A DNA stretch of 64,000 bases from positions 16,368,001 through 16,432,000 of the forward strand of contig JBHGNT010000008.1 of NCBI GenBank assembly GCA_043228905.1. Direction: 5' to 3'. Under the pieces are notes generated by a model, which worked only from the letters and a program-made list of their open reading frames with translations, made no database searches and had not been told where the DNA came from. The stretch comes from Azolla caroliniana (taxonomy: Eukaryota; Plantae; Polypodiophyta). A program made the translations under genes and the position numbers. Positions 10,701-24,565 of this stretch are shown here, piece by piece; position 1 is the stretch's first letter; each line of letters begins with the position of its first letter.

Positions 10701-13700
10701 AAATATCCAAAGGTATTCAATTTTGTGATTGTTATCTTTGAATGCATGGGCGCTCATTAATGCATATATTTGTCCGATCCTTGTTTGAGTGGTATTTCTT
10801 TTATGTGTAAAATGGGATGCATATGTCATGTTCCCTTCTTTGAGTGATATTTATTTTATGTGTACATAAAATGGGATGCACATGTCATGTTCCCTTTTTT
10901 AAGTGTGAGAGAAGAGTCAAGATTAAGGTCCTTTACTAGAATAATCCATTTGGCCCATTAGCTAATCAATTTGTAAGTTATTCCTGCATACTCTTTCCAA
11001 GAAGCACGAGAAACACTTCTATGCTCATTCTCTTTTTTTACTTTGATAATACTGGTTTTTGCTTAACTTGAGGTTTCCGTAAGCAATATAATGCCCACAC
11101 ACATATACTATACAGACATGCATACTCTTATTTTTAGATGTATGGATAGATTCTTGTAGATAATTAGGTAGGCAAAGTGTCCAGTTTGCATGTTGCCTAA
11201 CAATGCATGTCTTTTTCTCTTTGCCCAGATTCCAAGTTCCATCCTCTTGAGATAAAACTTTGAAAGATTCCAAAGGTTTTATCAAATCAACACCATATCT
11301 CCTAATGGCCACACTTTCTCACTAGTCCCTCTACATGCATTCGTCTTAGTCAGATTCATTTCTCAGTATGTATCACTTGATATTCCATACTGCATCTCTG
11401 TTCCGATTGACAGAATGCAAATGAATCCATAACTGCACAAACTGCATCTTTTCTACTAAATCCAATGGATATATAAAACTCACAATACTTAGAAGGGAAT
11501 ACCACATTGTACTGCAGGGTGCAATATAGCTCGTTCTCCGACAAAAATATTTATCCCAGTCTCTTGGATCAATGGCCACCAACTGAAACATGATCTTTTG
11601 CACTGTATTGCTGTAAAATACTCAACATTATGTAATCCCGCAATAACTGCTTTGCGTTGAGCACTATATATCAGAACTAGAGCTTCCGCTTTGGTAGTAC
11701 CCCATTAAATTATATTTTTGGTTTAACTTCATTTGCAAAAGAACCAGTTTTGTTTGCAAAAAGAGATGTAATTAACAAAATCATCAAAAACATCCTTACT
11801 ATTGTCGTTAACAAATGGTCAGACAAAATGCCCATACTCCATACAACTTTAAAACTAAGTTTAGCATTTGCAAAATCAAAAGGTATTCTTCTGTAACAAA
11901 ATGCTCTGCATGAATAACACAAAGGGGTACTGGTGCCTGTTAACTTTGTAGCAGCATTCAATGGTCCGAAATCCATAGTCTTTCATACTCTTGTCAAAGG
12001 AGAAACCCAATAATAGCTTCAACGTGTAGATGAAGCATGTTTTTGAAAGTTGTCACTTGTATATCTCACATAAAGTAGTGCTAACTAAGTCCTTAATATT
12101 TAGCCTACAACATTATTGGCGCTCATTTTTACATACTTTTGTCACAAAAGTATTTATGTATTTATCAAATATGTTTGAATGTATCTCTCTTAGTTTCCTT
12201 GCCAGTAAGAACTTCCTGATCATTTACTCGCGGGGATTACTTTAACGGAAACCTATCTGTTCTATAGGGATGGTTTTCCTGACATGTAGCCTTATGGCAT
12301 CGTTCTTGTGCGCTAAATCACCCCCTTACATGAGAGGGAGGAAAACTTGTCTCATTATGGTGCAATTGGAGGGCTAATTGATGATTCTACATGTTTTCCT
12401 ACATCTTCTGAATCTCCTGAGGTTGCACTACAAACACCCAGGAATTTCTCTCAAGATGTGGGCAGTCATCTATTTTCTTTGCATTTATGCCTCAGTGCTA
12501 CTACTTTACTGTCAATGTGACTAATGATTGCACTTACAGGATCTCTATGAAAATTTTTAGTCTCTATTTACCTGCAGTTTCTTCACGTTTGACACCTATG
12601 TTTGAACTCGGCATTTACTATTTTCAGCTTTCTGTTTATTATAATAAAAAGGGTTTATACAGGGGAATCACAATTGTCCTTGGTAGTTTTTTCTAGCAGT
12701 GACACATTGCTGCACTTCAGGATTTTTACTGCAAATCAGGCTTGGTTTATCTACAGTTTCTTCATTTAAGCAGCTCAAGCCTTTGTATATTTCATTTGCT
12801 ATGCTTTGTCTCTCTTGTATATTTAATTGAACATTTTGGCTTTTCACATGTGTGTAATAAATAAACGTGATCTTTGTCATGGGTTTTCCCAAACACAGGA
12901 TTTCTATCATTATCTCACTTGTATCTATAATTGACCTTTGTGTCTTCTTCATATGGGTGTGTAAATATAGATTCTATCTATCTTTTTCATGGGTTTTCTC
13001 AAACACATGATTTCTATCATCGTCTGTCTTGTATATAACTTGAAAATTGTGGCTTCTTTACAGGGCTGTAGTAGATTCTATCTTTTTCATGAGTTTTCTT
13101 AAACTCTCTTTCTCGTCACTTCTAAGGGACTCCTGATTGCCTGAAATAAAAATCATGACCTCAAAATTAGATATAATGTCCATTGTTTTCATAAAGGTGA
13201 CAATCTTCTGCTTTATAGATGTGTTTTCAATTTGTGGAAACAGGTAAGGTATTGTTGTCTAGGTGTTCTGGTATTGCATTTTATCCCTATCATGGCACAT
13301 AATGTGTGCCCTTAATATCAAATATGAGGCCGGAGCTGGCCAAATTCAACATCTCTACAAGCTGATATTTTGTTAGAAGCATTAAATTTCTATCTATAAG
13401 TTTTAATAATTTGTTTATTTTTATTTTGCAATTCAATGTTGTATTTTGGATAATCTAAGAAAGTAGTCATAGTAATATTGTGAACAAAAAATATCTATTA
13501 CTTCTATAGCTTTGGTTGCCACTAAATCCACTTTCCCTCTGAATTGTCAAGGCCTCTTGTATGTCTCAGCACGTGTGTACACACTCAGCACCTCTTGCTA
13601 ACATGCTATGGAACGAATACAAATGACTATTTATGATTTGTATGAATCTAGAGTTCTTTGAAAAAAAGCATTGCCAACATCTGGGTGAGTCTTGAATGCT

Positions 13701-15299
13701 TTCATATTTATATGGTTGACATTTAATTATCTGTACAGAGCTATCAGTATATTGTATTTATGCTTATATTTCTCTTTGAAATATGGAATTAAAGTTTTCT
13801 CTTCCTTGATGTAAACTAGTTCGTCTTTCAAACAGTGATGATATGTTACATCGGTAAATAAGGAATTGTTCTCAGTCTTTGTCTTAAATGTTTTCAGGGG
13901 CAAAAACACTTCCTTGTAATATCAAGAGAAGATGGACTTGACAGCATAAAAGAATTAAGAAGTTCACACCTTCCACTTCTACTGCACATGCATAGAATGG
14001 GCCAAGCATGGATTGAAAATCTACTTGACCAAGACAAAACTCTGGTTTTCCGTATGGGTTATCACTCGGTATGCTTTTTATTCATGTGTTAAACCTCTTG
14101 GTTTTCTTCTTGCATGAAGTCTCATTTATAAACGGTGTAAAGTCATCATCCTATATAATAATTTAGGTAAAGTTAGGTTATGAGCAAATTTTATTCCAGG
14201 ATGTCCATTTCTTATTTTGCGCATACTCCTAGTACAAAGCCATTCTAACCACCGAAGAGCTGATGCCTTAGTAGAGGTTAGATGTGTATACATCCCCGAA
14301 GTACATAGTCATTCTAATAATCAGAGAAGGTTGATGTATGGTAGAGGTTAGATTGGGTATGAGCAAGTTGGCTACACAAACTACATTCTGGATATTCATG
14401 AAACATCTATTGTTTGAAAAGTTGAAATCATTGGAGAATTTGTGTAGCAATGTTGAAAATGGTCTGTTGGCGTTATACATTTGTTTTGACTTTTAAGCAC
14501 TTCTAAAGGATGGCTTTTACAATTTTCAAAAGATATGTATTTGGTATATGTCTCTTTGAATTTGTACTCAATTGCATGTTGAAAGTCTGAGCAGAAGACG
14601 TTGGAGGACATCCTTAGTATATACCTATTCATTACCTCGTATTCTCTCTTAGCAGGGATATTCATGATCGGCCAAAACTGTGCATGGATTTTCTGTAACA
14701 AAGTCTGCTAAGCACTTTTTACAGTCTCTTTTAAGTTTCTGTGTTTGTTCTTTGGGAATGTACTGTTTGCACTATCTTTTGATACATTTATGGAGAAGAT
14801 AATCAGAGTAGCTATTTTGTTACTGGCTTTTTTGTTGTATTAGTAGTAATGGTCTAGCCACCTGGTGCTTTGCACTTTCGTAATCTCTGTATTGTATCAT
14901 TTATACATACCTTTTACACATAGAGAGAAATGTTTGATAAAAATAAAGATACAATTTCTGCAGGAGCCATCTATGAGACAACTCCACATGCATATTGTCA
15001 GCCAGGATTTTGATTCACCATCATTGAAGAATAAAAAGCATTGGAACTCTTTCACAACGACTTTCTTTCGGGATTCGAAAGGGGTTATTGAAGAGTTGAA
15101 GAGTACAGGAAGTGTAATACCTTGTGGCGATGAGGATAGTTTGTTGAAATTGGAGCTTCGGTGCCATAGATGCCGATGTGTACAGCCAAATATTCCCAAG
15201 TTAAAGCAACATATAAAGCTGTGCCAAAGTCCCTTCCCTCAAGACTTGGTGGAGAAGGGATATCTCATCATGGATGCAAACAAGAAATGCCATCTCTAA
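7731..15299 (+). CDS. APTX: Multidomain aprataxin (plant APTX / 'bHLH140'-like, At5g01310 type): PBZ zinc finger, P-loop PNK-like kinase, macrodomain, HIT, C2HC zinc finger; 6 exons, 791 aa
   Basis: Exons 7731-7821, 8140-8354, 8987-9783, 9947-10712, 13898-14068, 14964-15299. All introns are GT..AG with matching phases, and the total of 2376 nt is open to TAA. Motifs: CRYGALCERKNPDHRLQFSH (PBZ); VGLPGSGKST..CQD..IIDRCN (kinase); GDIT/NAANW/GGGGVNAAI/HVLGP (macro); DKYPK..HFLV..GYHSEPSMRQLHMHIVSQDF..KNKKHWNSF (aprataxin HIT); CHRC..H..C (zinc finger). Confidence 0.92.
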
Positions 15300-16430
15300 A
15301 TAGTTGTAAATGCCACAAACATGTCAAATGATTTGTTCAGTAATATATCAACCTAGTTATGGTAATTCTCATATTCAAGTTCTGAACATCGTTGTTGTTC
15401 ATTGTAAAGAAGTCATGGGAGCTATTTGGTTGGAATGAATTTGCTGTTCATTTGAACAGGTTAGATGATTGCACAAATGTGCCCAAAGGTTTGTAGGTGA
15501 CTTGGGATTGAACAAGAGTGATTGAGTGGCCTTGTCGAACAAACTTACAGGTTATTGGTTGATTGGTAGAAGTTATTTTATTGCAGGAGTTAGACATACA
15601 CTACCTTTTGTTGCTACATGCATCATTGTTGAAGTCTGTATACATTGAATCTTGTCATACTTACCTGCACTAGGTCTTGCATCATCCCACTCGGCATCAA
15701 ACTCTAGGAACTCTTTGAACTTGGCATCCGTCTATACAAGCAAGGTAGAATGCAAATAGTTATGATATTCAAAAACTACAATAATCTAAACCCTACTTGA
15801 TTCAGAAACATGCATCCATATTCAGAAACATTTGGATTACACCCTTTGACAATGCAGGTATATATTCAGAAATCATACCAGTTTGATGAATGCCACATGC
15901 AAGTTTTCAAAAATCATCCAATGCATTTTAACAAACAAAACCTATATTCAGAATTTAGAAATCATCCAATGCAAACAAAACGTATATTCAGAAATCATTC
16001 ATTTTCGCATAAGAAATCCATATTTAGAAATCAAACAAAACCATTTTCCGCAAACAAAAGTGGCAATGCAGTAGTAAACTAATAACATACATGCACGAGG
16101 AGTAGGCAAGTGGTGATGCAAATGCAAGTGTAGGTGGTTGGCAGTTGTAGTTGTTGAAAACATCTTGCTAAAAACCTTGGTTATTTGTTTCAAAAATGTG
16201 AAAAATGACAAGCATCAGGGTTTTATTACACAAAAATTATAAGTAGGGCTCCCCCAATTAGTCGAGCTCCCTTAATTACTAGGGCTCCCTCAATTAGTCA
16301 GGCTCATGTGAGTAGGGCTCCCATTATGAGTCGTCTTGCCTTTGAACTGGGCGACATCATAATCTGAAGTCGGGTTCTTGATTTTAAAGAAAAATGAGAA
16401 GGCACATCTGTTTAGTAATATACATTGGTA

Positions 16431-19400
16431 TGTCACAACTAGAGGGAGAAAATACAGAGATCGGTTATTTTTACATGAGGAGAAAGTTCCTCTTTATAAG
16501 GCCAAGATATGGCCGTTGGGCTAACTAGCTGTTGGAAACAACTAGCCGTTGGGTTAGCTGTTATAACTTTTAAACATTCTCAACACTCCCCCTCAAGATG
16601 GGCGAAAAATATCCACTAAGCCCATCTTGTCACACAATCTAGTAAGACTTACTGGCCCAAGTCCCTTTGTAAGACAATCTGCTACTTGATGTTCAGTAGA
16701 AACATGACTCAATTTTAATATTCCATTATCAAGCTTTCCTTGATAAAGAATCTATCGATTTCGATGTGCTAGGTCCTATCGTGCTGTACTGGATTGTTGG
16801 CAATGCTGATTGCTGACTTATTGTCACACCACAACATCATCTGATTTTCTTGATTCACCTTTAGTTCTACTAGGAGGGTTCTCAGCCATAACATCTCTGC
16901 AACTCCTATAGCAATAACTCTATTGTCTGCTTTGGCGGTTGACCTTGCTACTACTGACAGTTTCTTACTCTTCCAAGAGACCAGATTGCCTCCAACAAAC
17001 ATGTAGTATCCTGATGTGGATTTCCTATCATCAGCACAACTAGCCCAATCAGAATCACAATAGCCCTCAATGTTAAAATGACCATGTTTTCTAAAGATTA
17101 ATCCCTTCCCTGGGGCACCTTTGAGATATCTCAGAATATGGTACACTGCATCCATATGATCTTTCCTCGGATCATGCATGTAGCGACTTACCACACTTAC
17201 TGCAAATGAAATATCTGGACGGGTGTGAGTCAAATAAATCAGCCGACCTACCAATCTTTGATACCTTTCACGATCAACTTTCTCTCATGCAAGTTCAGTT
17301 AGCTTGATCTTTTGGTCGATTGGAGAAGCTACGGGCCTACAACCCAACATTCCAGTTTCTGTGAGAAGATCTAATACATATTTTCGCTGACATAGAACAA
17401 CTCCTGCTCCACGAGCTACCTCAATTCTAAGAAAGTATCGTAGCAATCCTAGATCCTTCACCTCAAACTCTTTACCCAATTGCACCTTCAGTTGGGCAAT
17501 TTCCCCTTCACCGTTACCCGTGATAATTATATCATCCACATACACAAGTAATGTAGTATGCTCCTTGTGTTGTCGAAAAAACACTGTATGGTTTGCATTT
17601 GTCTGTTGGTATCCCATACCCACCATAGCCCTTCTTAACTTGTCGAACCAGGCTCGAGGAGATTGCTTCAGTTCATAAAGTGACTTCCTTAGTTTGCAAA
17701 CCTTACCTATTGTTTGAATTGTACCAAAACCTGGGGGGACATCCATGTACACTTCCTCCATCAACTCTCCATGAAGGAATGCATTTTTTACATCTAATTG
17801 ATGTAATTTCCAATCCTTATTCACTGCTAAGGAAATAAGCGTTCTAACAGTGCTCATCTTCGCCATAGGTGCAAAAGTCTCATCGTAGTCAATGCCATAT
17901 GTCTGACTATATCCTTTAACCACCAATCGTGCCTTGTATCGATCTATTTTTCCCTTTGGGGTCTGTTTTATTGTAAACACCCATTTGCACCCAATCGCCT
18001 TCTTTCCTGATGGTAGTGACACAATTTCTCAAGTCTTGTTCTTCACAAGAGCTCCGAGTTCTTCTTGCATGGCTGTTTTCCATTTTGGATCTTCTTTAGC
18101 AACCTGCCAACACTTGGGTAAAGTGACAGAGTCTAATGATGCAATGAATGCTCTATGTGTAGCTGATATGTTAGAATAAGAGATAAACTTAGCAATATCA
18201 TGAGGAAAACCATAATGATCAGGAGGGATTCCTACATTACCGCGAGAGGTCCTCCTAATCTCTATAGGAGAAGGAGAGGAAATCATATCACCTGTGATTT
18301 CTAGGTTTGGGAGTTCTGTAGGTATTTCAGAAGTCGAGGCAGGTCGGGACATGGAACTTGATGGCACATGTGGCACTGAAGATGTGTTCATATTTCCTTC
18401 TTTTTGCCTCCTCTTCTTTGTATACACCTTTAGCTCCCCCTCAGATTGAGTCCCAACACATATAGGCTCCTCGTCTTTGTTTCCTTCTTCTTCCGTACCG
18501 CCTACGCTCACTTGTTTCTCAGCTGATGTAGGGATCAATAAAGGAATTGATCCTATTTTTAGCAACCTCTCACCATTATCTCCTTCCCTCACATTTTCAG
18601 TCTCAATTAAGTCATCAAAGGGTGAAGTTACCCCTTGTTTATAATATGGCTCTGATTCTCTAAAATGCACATCCATGCTCACAAATAATCTCTTCTCTAC
18701 TGGACTCCAGCAAATATAGCATTTTTGTGTGGCAGAGTATCCCACAAATACACATTTTACAGCTTTAGGATCAAGTTTTCCTACAGATGGTCTACTGTCC
18801 TTTACAAAACACACACATCCAAACACCTTCAAAGGAAGGGTTCCAGAGTTATTGCCTTGCAACAACTCACATGGAGACTTCCATTCCAATACTCTAGAGG
18901 GCATTCTATTGATCAATGTGGCAGCTGTCAAAACTGCTTGTCCCCACAACTGCTTTGGGACATTCATAGAAATCATCATGCTTCTCGTTACCTCTAGAAG
19001 ATGTCTATTCTTCCTCTTTGCTACTCCATTTTGTTCTGGTGTATATGGGCATGTAGTTTGATGTTGTATCCTTGATCTGAGAGGTATGCCCTAAATGTCA
19101 TGTTAGCATACTCAGTTCCATTATCAGACCTCAACACTTTTACTATTGCACCATATTGAGTTTGAACTGATCTATGAAAATCTTTAAAACAAGCAAATAC
19201 TTAATTCTTTTTCCTCATCAAATATAACCAAGTCACACGAGAGAAGCAATCAATGAAAGAGACAAAATATCGATATCCATTAATAGAACTTGTGGAACAT
19301 GGTCCCCAAACATCGGAGTGTATTACATCAAATGCATGGGAACTCCTATGACCTGAACTAGCATATGAGCTTTTAGTAAGCTTACCAAATTCACATGCAT

Positions 19401-21075
19401 CACAAACAAGTTTTGTTTTATCAGCCTTTTCAAAAAGGTTTGGATACACCCGACTCAAAACACCATAAGAGGTATGTCCCATACGTTGGTGGTAAAGTAT
19501 CAACAACTCCTCATAACTCATTTTAGATCCCCTTACATCGGTTCCCTCTACCATAGATGCTAATGCTAAATCTAGCCCTTCATGATCCAAATACCATAGT
19601 CCATTATGCCATGTGCCATGTGCTAGTCCCAAGTCTCCGACCTGTCCCTTTCTCCTGGAATATCACCTTGGGAATATCAAAAGAAACAACACAGTTTAGT
19701 TGGTGTATGATAGAACTTATGGATAATAAGTTTATTGGGAAAGAAGGAGCATGCAACACATTAGACAATGTCACAGAGTCGGTACATTTTACTGTACCTA
19801 TACCCACTACATGTTGTGTTGTACCGTAAGCAATTTGAATGCTTTCTGGCATTGATAAGTTAGTATACGAGGAGAATTCACTAGTATTACCTGTTACATG
19901 CCTAGATGCACCAGAATCAATTATCCATTCTGGTGTAGAGGCAAGAGTATTTGTGTTGCTAATACTTGTGGCTGAATAAGCATAGGTGGCAATGTTACCT
20001 CTTGACATGAATGAAGTATCATCTGCAGCTCTTTGCTTCCTCCTAAGTATTTCTAAGAGAGCTTGATCCTCTTCGGTGAACACCACCTTAGTTCCTTCCT
20101 CTTCTTTTGTTACCATCAAGTTTGCTTGGTGACCTCCTCTTGCACCTCTTCGGCCCCCTCGACCACGGCCTCTAGTTTGTCCACGTCTTCCATATTCTCT
20201 CTCCTTCGATGGTTTAGGGCAAGCATTCTTTAAATGACTAGCTTCACCACAATTGTAGCATTTTCGATTTTCACTTCCACTTGAATTTGACACCATTAGT
20301 GCTGATTGTACCCCTGGAAGTCCAATAGTGTCAGAGAGCAGCTTCATTCTACTCTCCTGTTGTATCATAGTCGCAATTGCCTCATCAAGTGTGGGAATTT
20401 CAGCCTTGGCTAGAAGAATTGCCCTTCTTTGATCAAAGGATGGGTTGAGATGTTTCAAAAATTGCATGGTTCTTCTTTGAGTAGAAATTTCCTTGCTCTT
20501 ACATCGAGGATCATTGCACACTGTCATAGGCGAGAAATGATCGTATTCTGCCCATAGACGCTCTAGCTCTATGGCATATTCCTGAATCATCCTATCTCCC
20601 TACCAAACAACATCTATCTCTTGCTCGATTTGAAATAATCTCATGTTGTTTCCCCTCCCAACATACGTCTTTTGCAATTTCTCCCATATCTCCTTCACAC
20701 TTAAAATTCCATCAACTGTTGTGGCGATTGATGGAATCATGGAGTTGAGAAGCCACGTGTACAAAGATGTGGGTAGCTCTCCATGCTTTCCATTCATTGC
20801 TCGTTGTGACAAGGGGTCCTTTCTCTTCTCTCGTTAGGTAGCTATCAAGGCTTCTCCCTACCAAGGCACCTATAATCCGATGCGACCAGATGAAGTATGT
20901 GGTTGGTCCATCGAGTTTGAACTCAACTGGGAGGAGTTCAAGTCGGGGTGGTGGTTGTGTTCCTGTCACACCTCTAGATACTACAATCTCAGCCTCCTTC
21001 ATGTATTTCACCAATGTTTTCACCTCATCCTCGTTCAATTTTGAGAACACCTCATCCATCTTCTCAACTTGGCGT
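16431..21075 (-). mobile_element. Ty1/Copia LTR retrotransposon lacking its 5' LTR; frameshifted gag-PR-INT-RT-RH
   Basis: Gag CYNCGEASHLKNAC; protease WIIDSGAS; integrase HSDVWGP; RT QLDVKNAFLHG..YVDDII; RNase H CDSDWA..WCDNKSA. PPT (plus strand ctccccctcaag at 16586) abuts a 155-bp TG..CA LTR at 16431-16585. No PBS or second LTR seen near 21.1 kb. Confidence 0.92.
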
Positions 21076-21529
21076 TAATGTTGGCATAAAAGGCCAACTC
21101 CTTCCACTTTGTATCTTTAGTGTGAACACGTCTTCGAGTTAGGGTTTGAGTATATAAAGCTCAAACCTAATGTTGTATACACATGGGAGAGAAAAGAGTT
21201 GCAGAGAAGAGAATAAGAGAGAACTTCCATTGAAGCTCAAATTGTGTCTATCGTCTACCTTTCTTCCTCTTCTTCTTGTTCCATATTTGTGTTGTTTGAT
21301 GTACACATCTTATTGCAGGTCACCATCATCATCATCATTCTCATCATCCACTGCCCACCACCATATCAACAACAATTAATAGATGAGCATGTGATTCTTT
21401 TTTCAAGATCCATTGTAGATGTTGATGTTTTTTTTTCAAAGCAATGGTGTTTTTCAATAATTCCTTAGAGCTTCTTTTGTCAAATAGTCTATACATTACT
21501 CTTGCTTAAATAACATAATGCTTCTCCTA

Positions 21530-21710
21530 GTACATACATAATGTATGGATCGTATGTATATGTATTGTATGATATGTATGTATGTATGTATATGTGTTGT
21601 ATGTTATGTATGTATGCATGTATTGTATGTTATGTATGTATGTATGTACGATATGTATTGTATGTTATGTATATTATATATGTATGTATGTATGCATATG
21701 TATTGTATGT
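21530..21710. repeat. (TATG)n-like degenerate microsatellite
   Basis: Visible tatg/tatgt runs, which also produce spurious Y/M/C/V-rich ORFs. Confidence 0.85.
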
Positions 21711-21769
21711 CTTTATTTTAAAAGAAGATATCCTGTCATTAGTGTAAACATTTTACAAGATTTTCAACT

Positions 21770-24150
21770 CTATGTGATCGGCGGGGGAAACAACCATTTT
21801 GGAGGTTGAAAATGCCAATAAGGAGTGCCGTAATTGGATGTCATGAATGGAGTAGTTGTCCATATGATAAGAAACTCATGACATTGAGCAATTTTAGCAT
21901 CAGAATGTCCAACGATACCATCCCATTGACCCTTCAAAGTATGAACTATGTCTAACCAAATATTTCAAACCAATTCAGCTGGTGATGTTTTAAGTTGATG
22001 GAAAACGAGAGAGCACCGAGCCTTCTAGATGTGATATACAGTTGTACTACTTAGTATCTCCCATACTGGCTGGACTTCCTTCCGTATTCCTGAAAACTGT
22101 AATGACAACAATGGTAATGCATGAACACTTCCAGATTTAGTGTAAAATCCATGGTCCATAGATTCGGCATCATAATGGAATGCATCACACACAAGTGATG
22201 TCCAAACCACCATGCCCCAAGTGAAAACCAATGGGGGAAAATAGTTAGCAAAAATTCTAAGGAGACGTTGCCATATCGGTTGAGACTCAGTGCATTCCCA
22301 TAAACAATGTTTTCGAGTTCCCATTTGTAAATGGCATCGAGCACAACCAGAAGATACGCCCATCCTATGCAACCATGTGCCAACTGGTAAGGCTTAATGT
22401 ACAAGTAACCATTGTACATGCAGGAATTGGGGAGTAATACCTTGTTGATTCCAATATTGAAATGCAACCGTTAACAAATCCCGTGTATCTGAAAGCACAT
22501 GTCTTCCCAACTGATAATCAACTGGGTCCCAATCTAATTTGAATACTGGTTTTTTAGCCAACACCCACAAGTTCCAATGTGCCCTTATTAGTGGATCAAT
22601 ATACCATTTACGATCGGCATATTCGATGACCCTTATCTTGTGTTCAATAGCATAAGGGTAATCTATCATCATTTCCCCGACTAAGATAATTGATTTGTTT
22701 CATCCACCTCAAAAAACCAGTAGGTCTTATCCTATGAATACTCCTTAATAGCCAAGAGTACTTCCAATCTTGAAAAAACCTCAACCCATCTATGGTTAGA
22801 GTTATTGGTGGTATGGGGAGTCTACTCATAGCTTCTTGAATTTGGTGATACATTAGTTGACCTCCATGCATATTACCTAGGATTCTTTTTGCTCTTCCCA
22901 TGAACGTGATACAAATTCTTGCCAGGTTCTCACTAATTTAGCAAGACCTTCTATCATTTTTCCACATGATAACCATTGTATAGAACCCAACACTAAACCA
23001 TCTGATGTTGTAAACAATGGGTTCCAGACTATCCTTTGTTTGAGATACTCAAGATAATGTTTGGGGTTGGATTTATTGCGAAGGAAACTAGGTAATACTT
23101 GTTTCCATTTTGAAAATAGTGTCTTAATAAATTTGTCTTCCCATCTATTAGCTGAAGGTACTTGGAAAATTTCCCTAAATATCTAGTTTACATCCTTCGA
23201 CCAGGGGGCACCTAGGCGAGGAGAGAGCAATCTAAACAACGGTAAAGTAATAATACTTTCCATATCTGTTGCCCCGAAATAAATCCTCTAATGAACATTT
23301 TACTTATTAATGCTCTTGATTGGTCTACTAGGTCAGTAATACCTAATCCTCCTTTAGAATGAGATAAGGTAATAACATCCCATTTCACTGTAGATCGAGC
23401 ATTGCCTTCCGTTTTACCGAACTACAAGAAATTACGAATCAGTCTCCGTATTTTCAGAATACATGACTTGGAGAATATCCAGCAGGACATAATATACCAT
23501 GTTGAAGCCAATAAGACCAGATTGGCAACTACAATCCAACCAGCAAAAGACAACTAGGCTAAACCCCATAATAACAACTTTTTTTGCAATGACAATAGGA
23601 GGGGTGCCACTTGATTTTCCACTGAAAGATCAATACCTATCATACATCCTAGGTACCGAACTAGGAAACGTGATGATATCCACCGAAATTGCGGATGTGG
23701 ATTCCATAAAGGAGAATCTACATCCCCCACCCAAAATGCAAAGGACTTGTTCCAATTGACTAGTGCACCTGAAGCCTTATAGAATGTGGATATGGCCAAG
23801 TCTGTTTTTTGGAGATTTTCCAAATCACCTTTTAAGTAGCTTTAGGGCAATGTCATCTGTGAATTCAACATCCCTTACTTCAGCATAATCTATGTATACC
23901 AATATCACAAACATTCAGAAAAGAAATCATTGGCTCAACAAAAAACAGAAACATGAAGGGAGCCAAAGGACAACCGTAACGAACTAATCGAGAAATAGAA
24001 AACAAAGGGCCATAATTCCCAACCAGTAAGAGTCGGCTTTGTGTAGAAGTATATAATGAGGAAATACCTCTTATCCATGCTTGTGAAAAACCAAAATGAA
24101 CCAATACACCTTGCAAAAATTCCCAGTCAAGACGATCATAAGCTTTTTTT
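21770..24150 (-). mobile_element. L1-type LINE ORF2 remnant (RT to zf-RVT), pseudogenised
   Basis: KKAYDRLDWEFL, GCPLAPFMF, LVNWNKS, RYLGC.IG and CARC..KHCLWEC; many frameshifts; 5' truncated. Confidence 0.8.
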
Positions 24151-24565
24151 TTAGTAACACTTTTATTACTAGTGGGAAACCTCAAAGTGAGGAGAAAACC
24201 CACAAAGAATAAAAAGAAATATACACGTGTGTATTAGACACGAAAGAGCTTAAAAGCACTCAAAGTAAAGAGTGTAAATTTGTAGTGTGATGTCTCTAAG
24301 GTGCAGACAATTAAATAAAGATTGCCTAAGGTATTGCTTAAAGAAGCTAACTTCATGTAGTTGGTTGCGATCAAAGATCTTAGTATTGTGGGCCGTACAA
24401 ATGGTCTAGAGTGCCCAAAATCTTGTCCATTGGAGAAAATTGGCATTGCTTTATAGGGCACACGGAATTTGTCCAAATAGTCAAAAGTGTTTCCCAAACC
24501 TTCGGCCAGGAAATCTATGAGAAAGAGATGCACTTAATCTTTGTACAAATGTTGCAGTGAATGAG

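Noticed and set aside
15780-16325. Loose repeats (TATTCAGAAATCAT units; AGGGCTCCCCAATTAGT units) downstream of APTX
   Set aside because: These are degenerate minisatellite-like sequence with no coding or structural signal I can support.
24150-24565. Possible additional LTR fragments between the LINE and the Copia
   Set aside because: There is some resemblance to LTR ends, but no supported boundaries.
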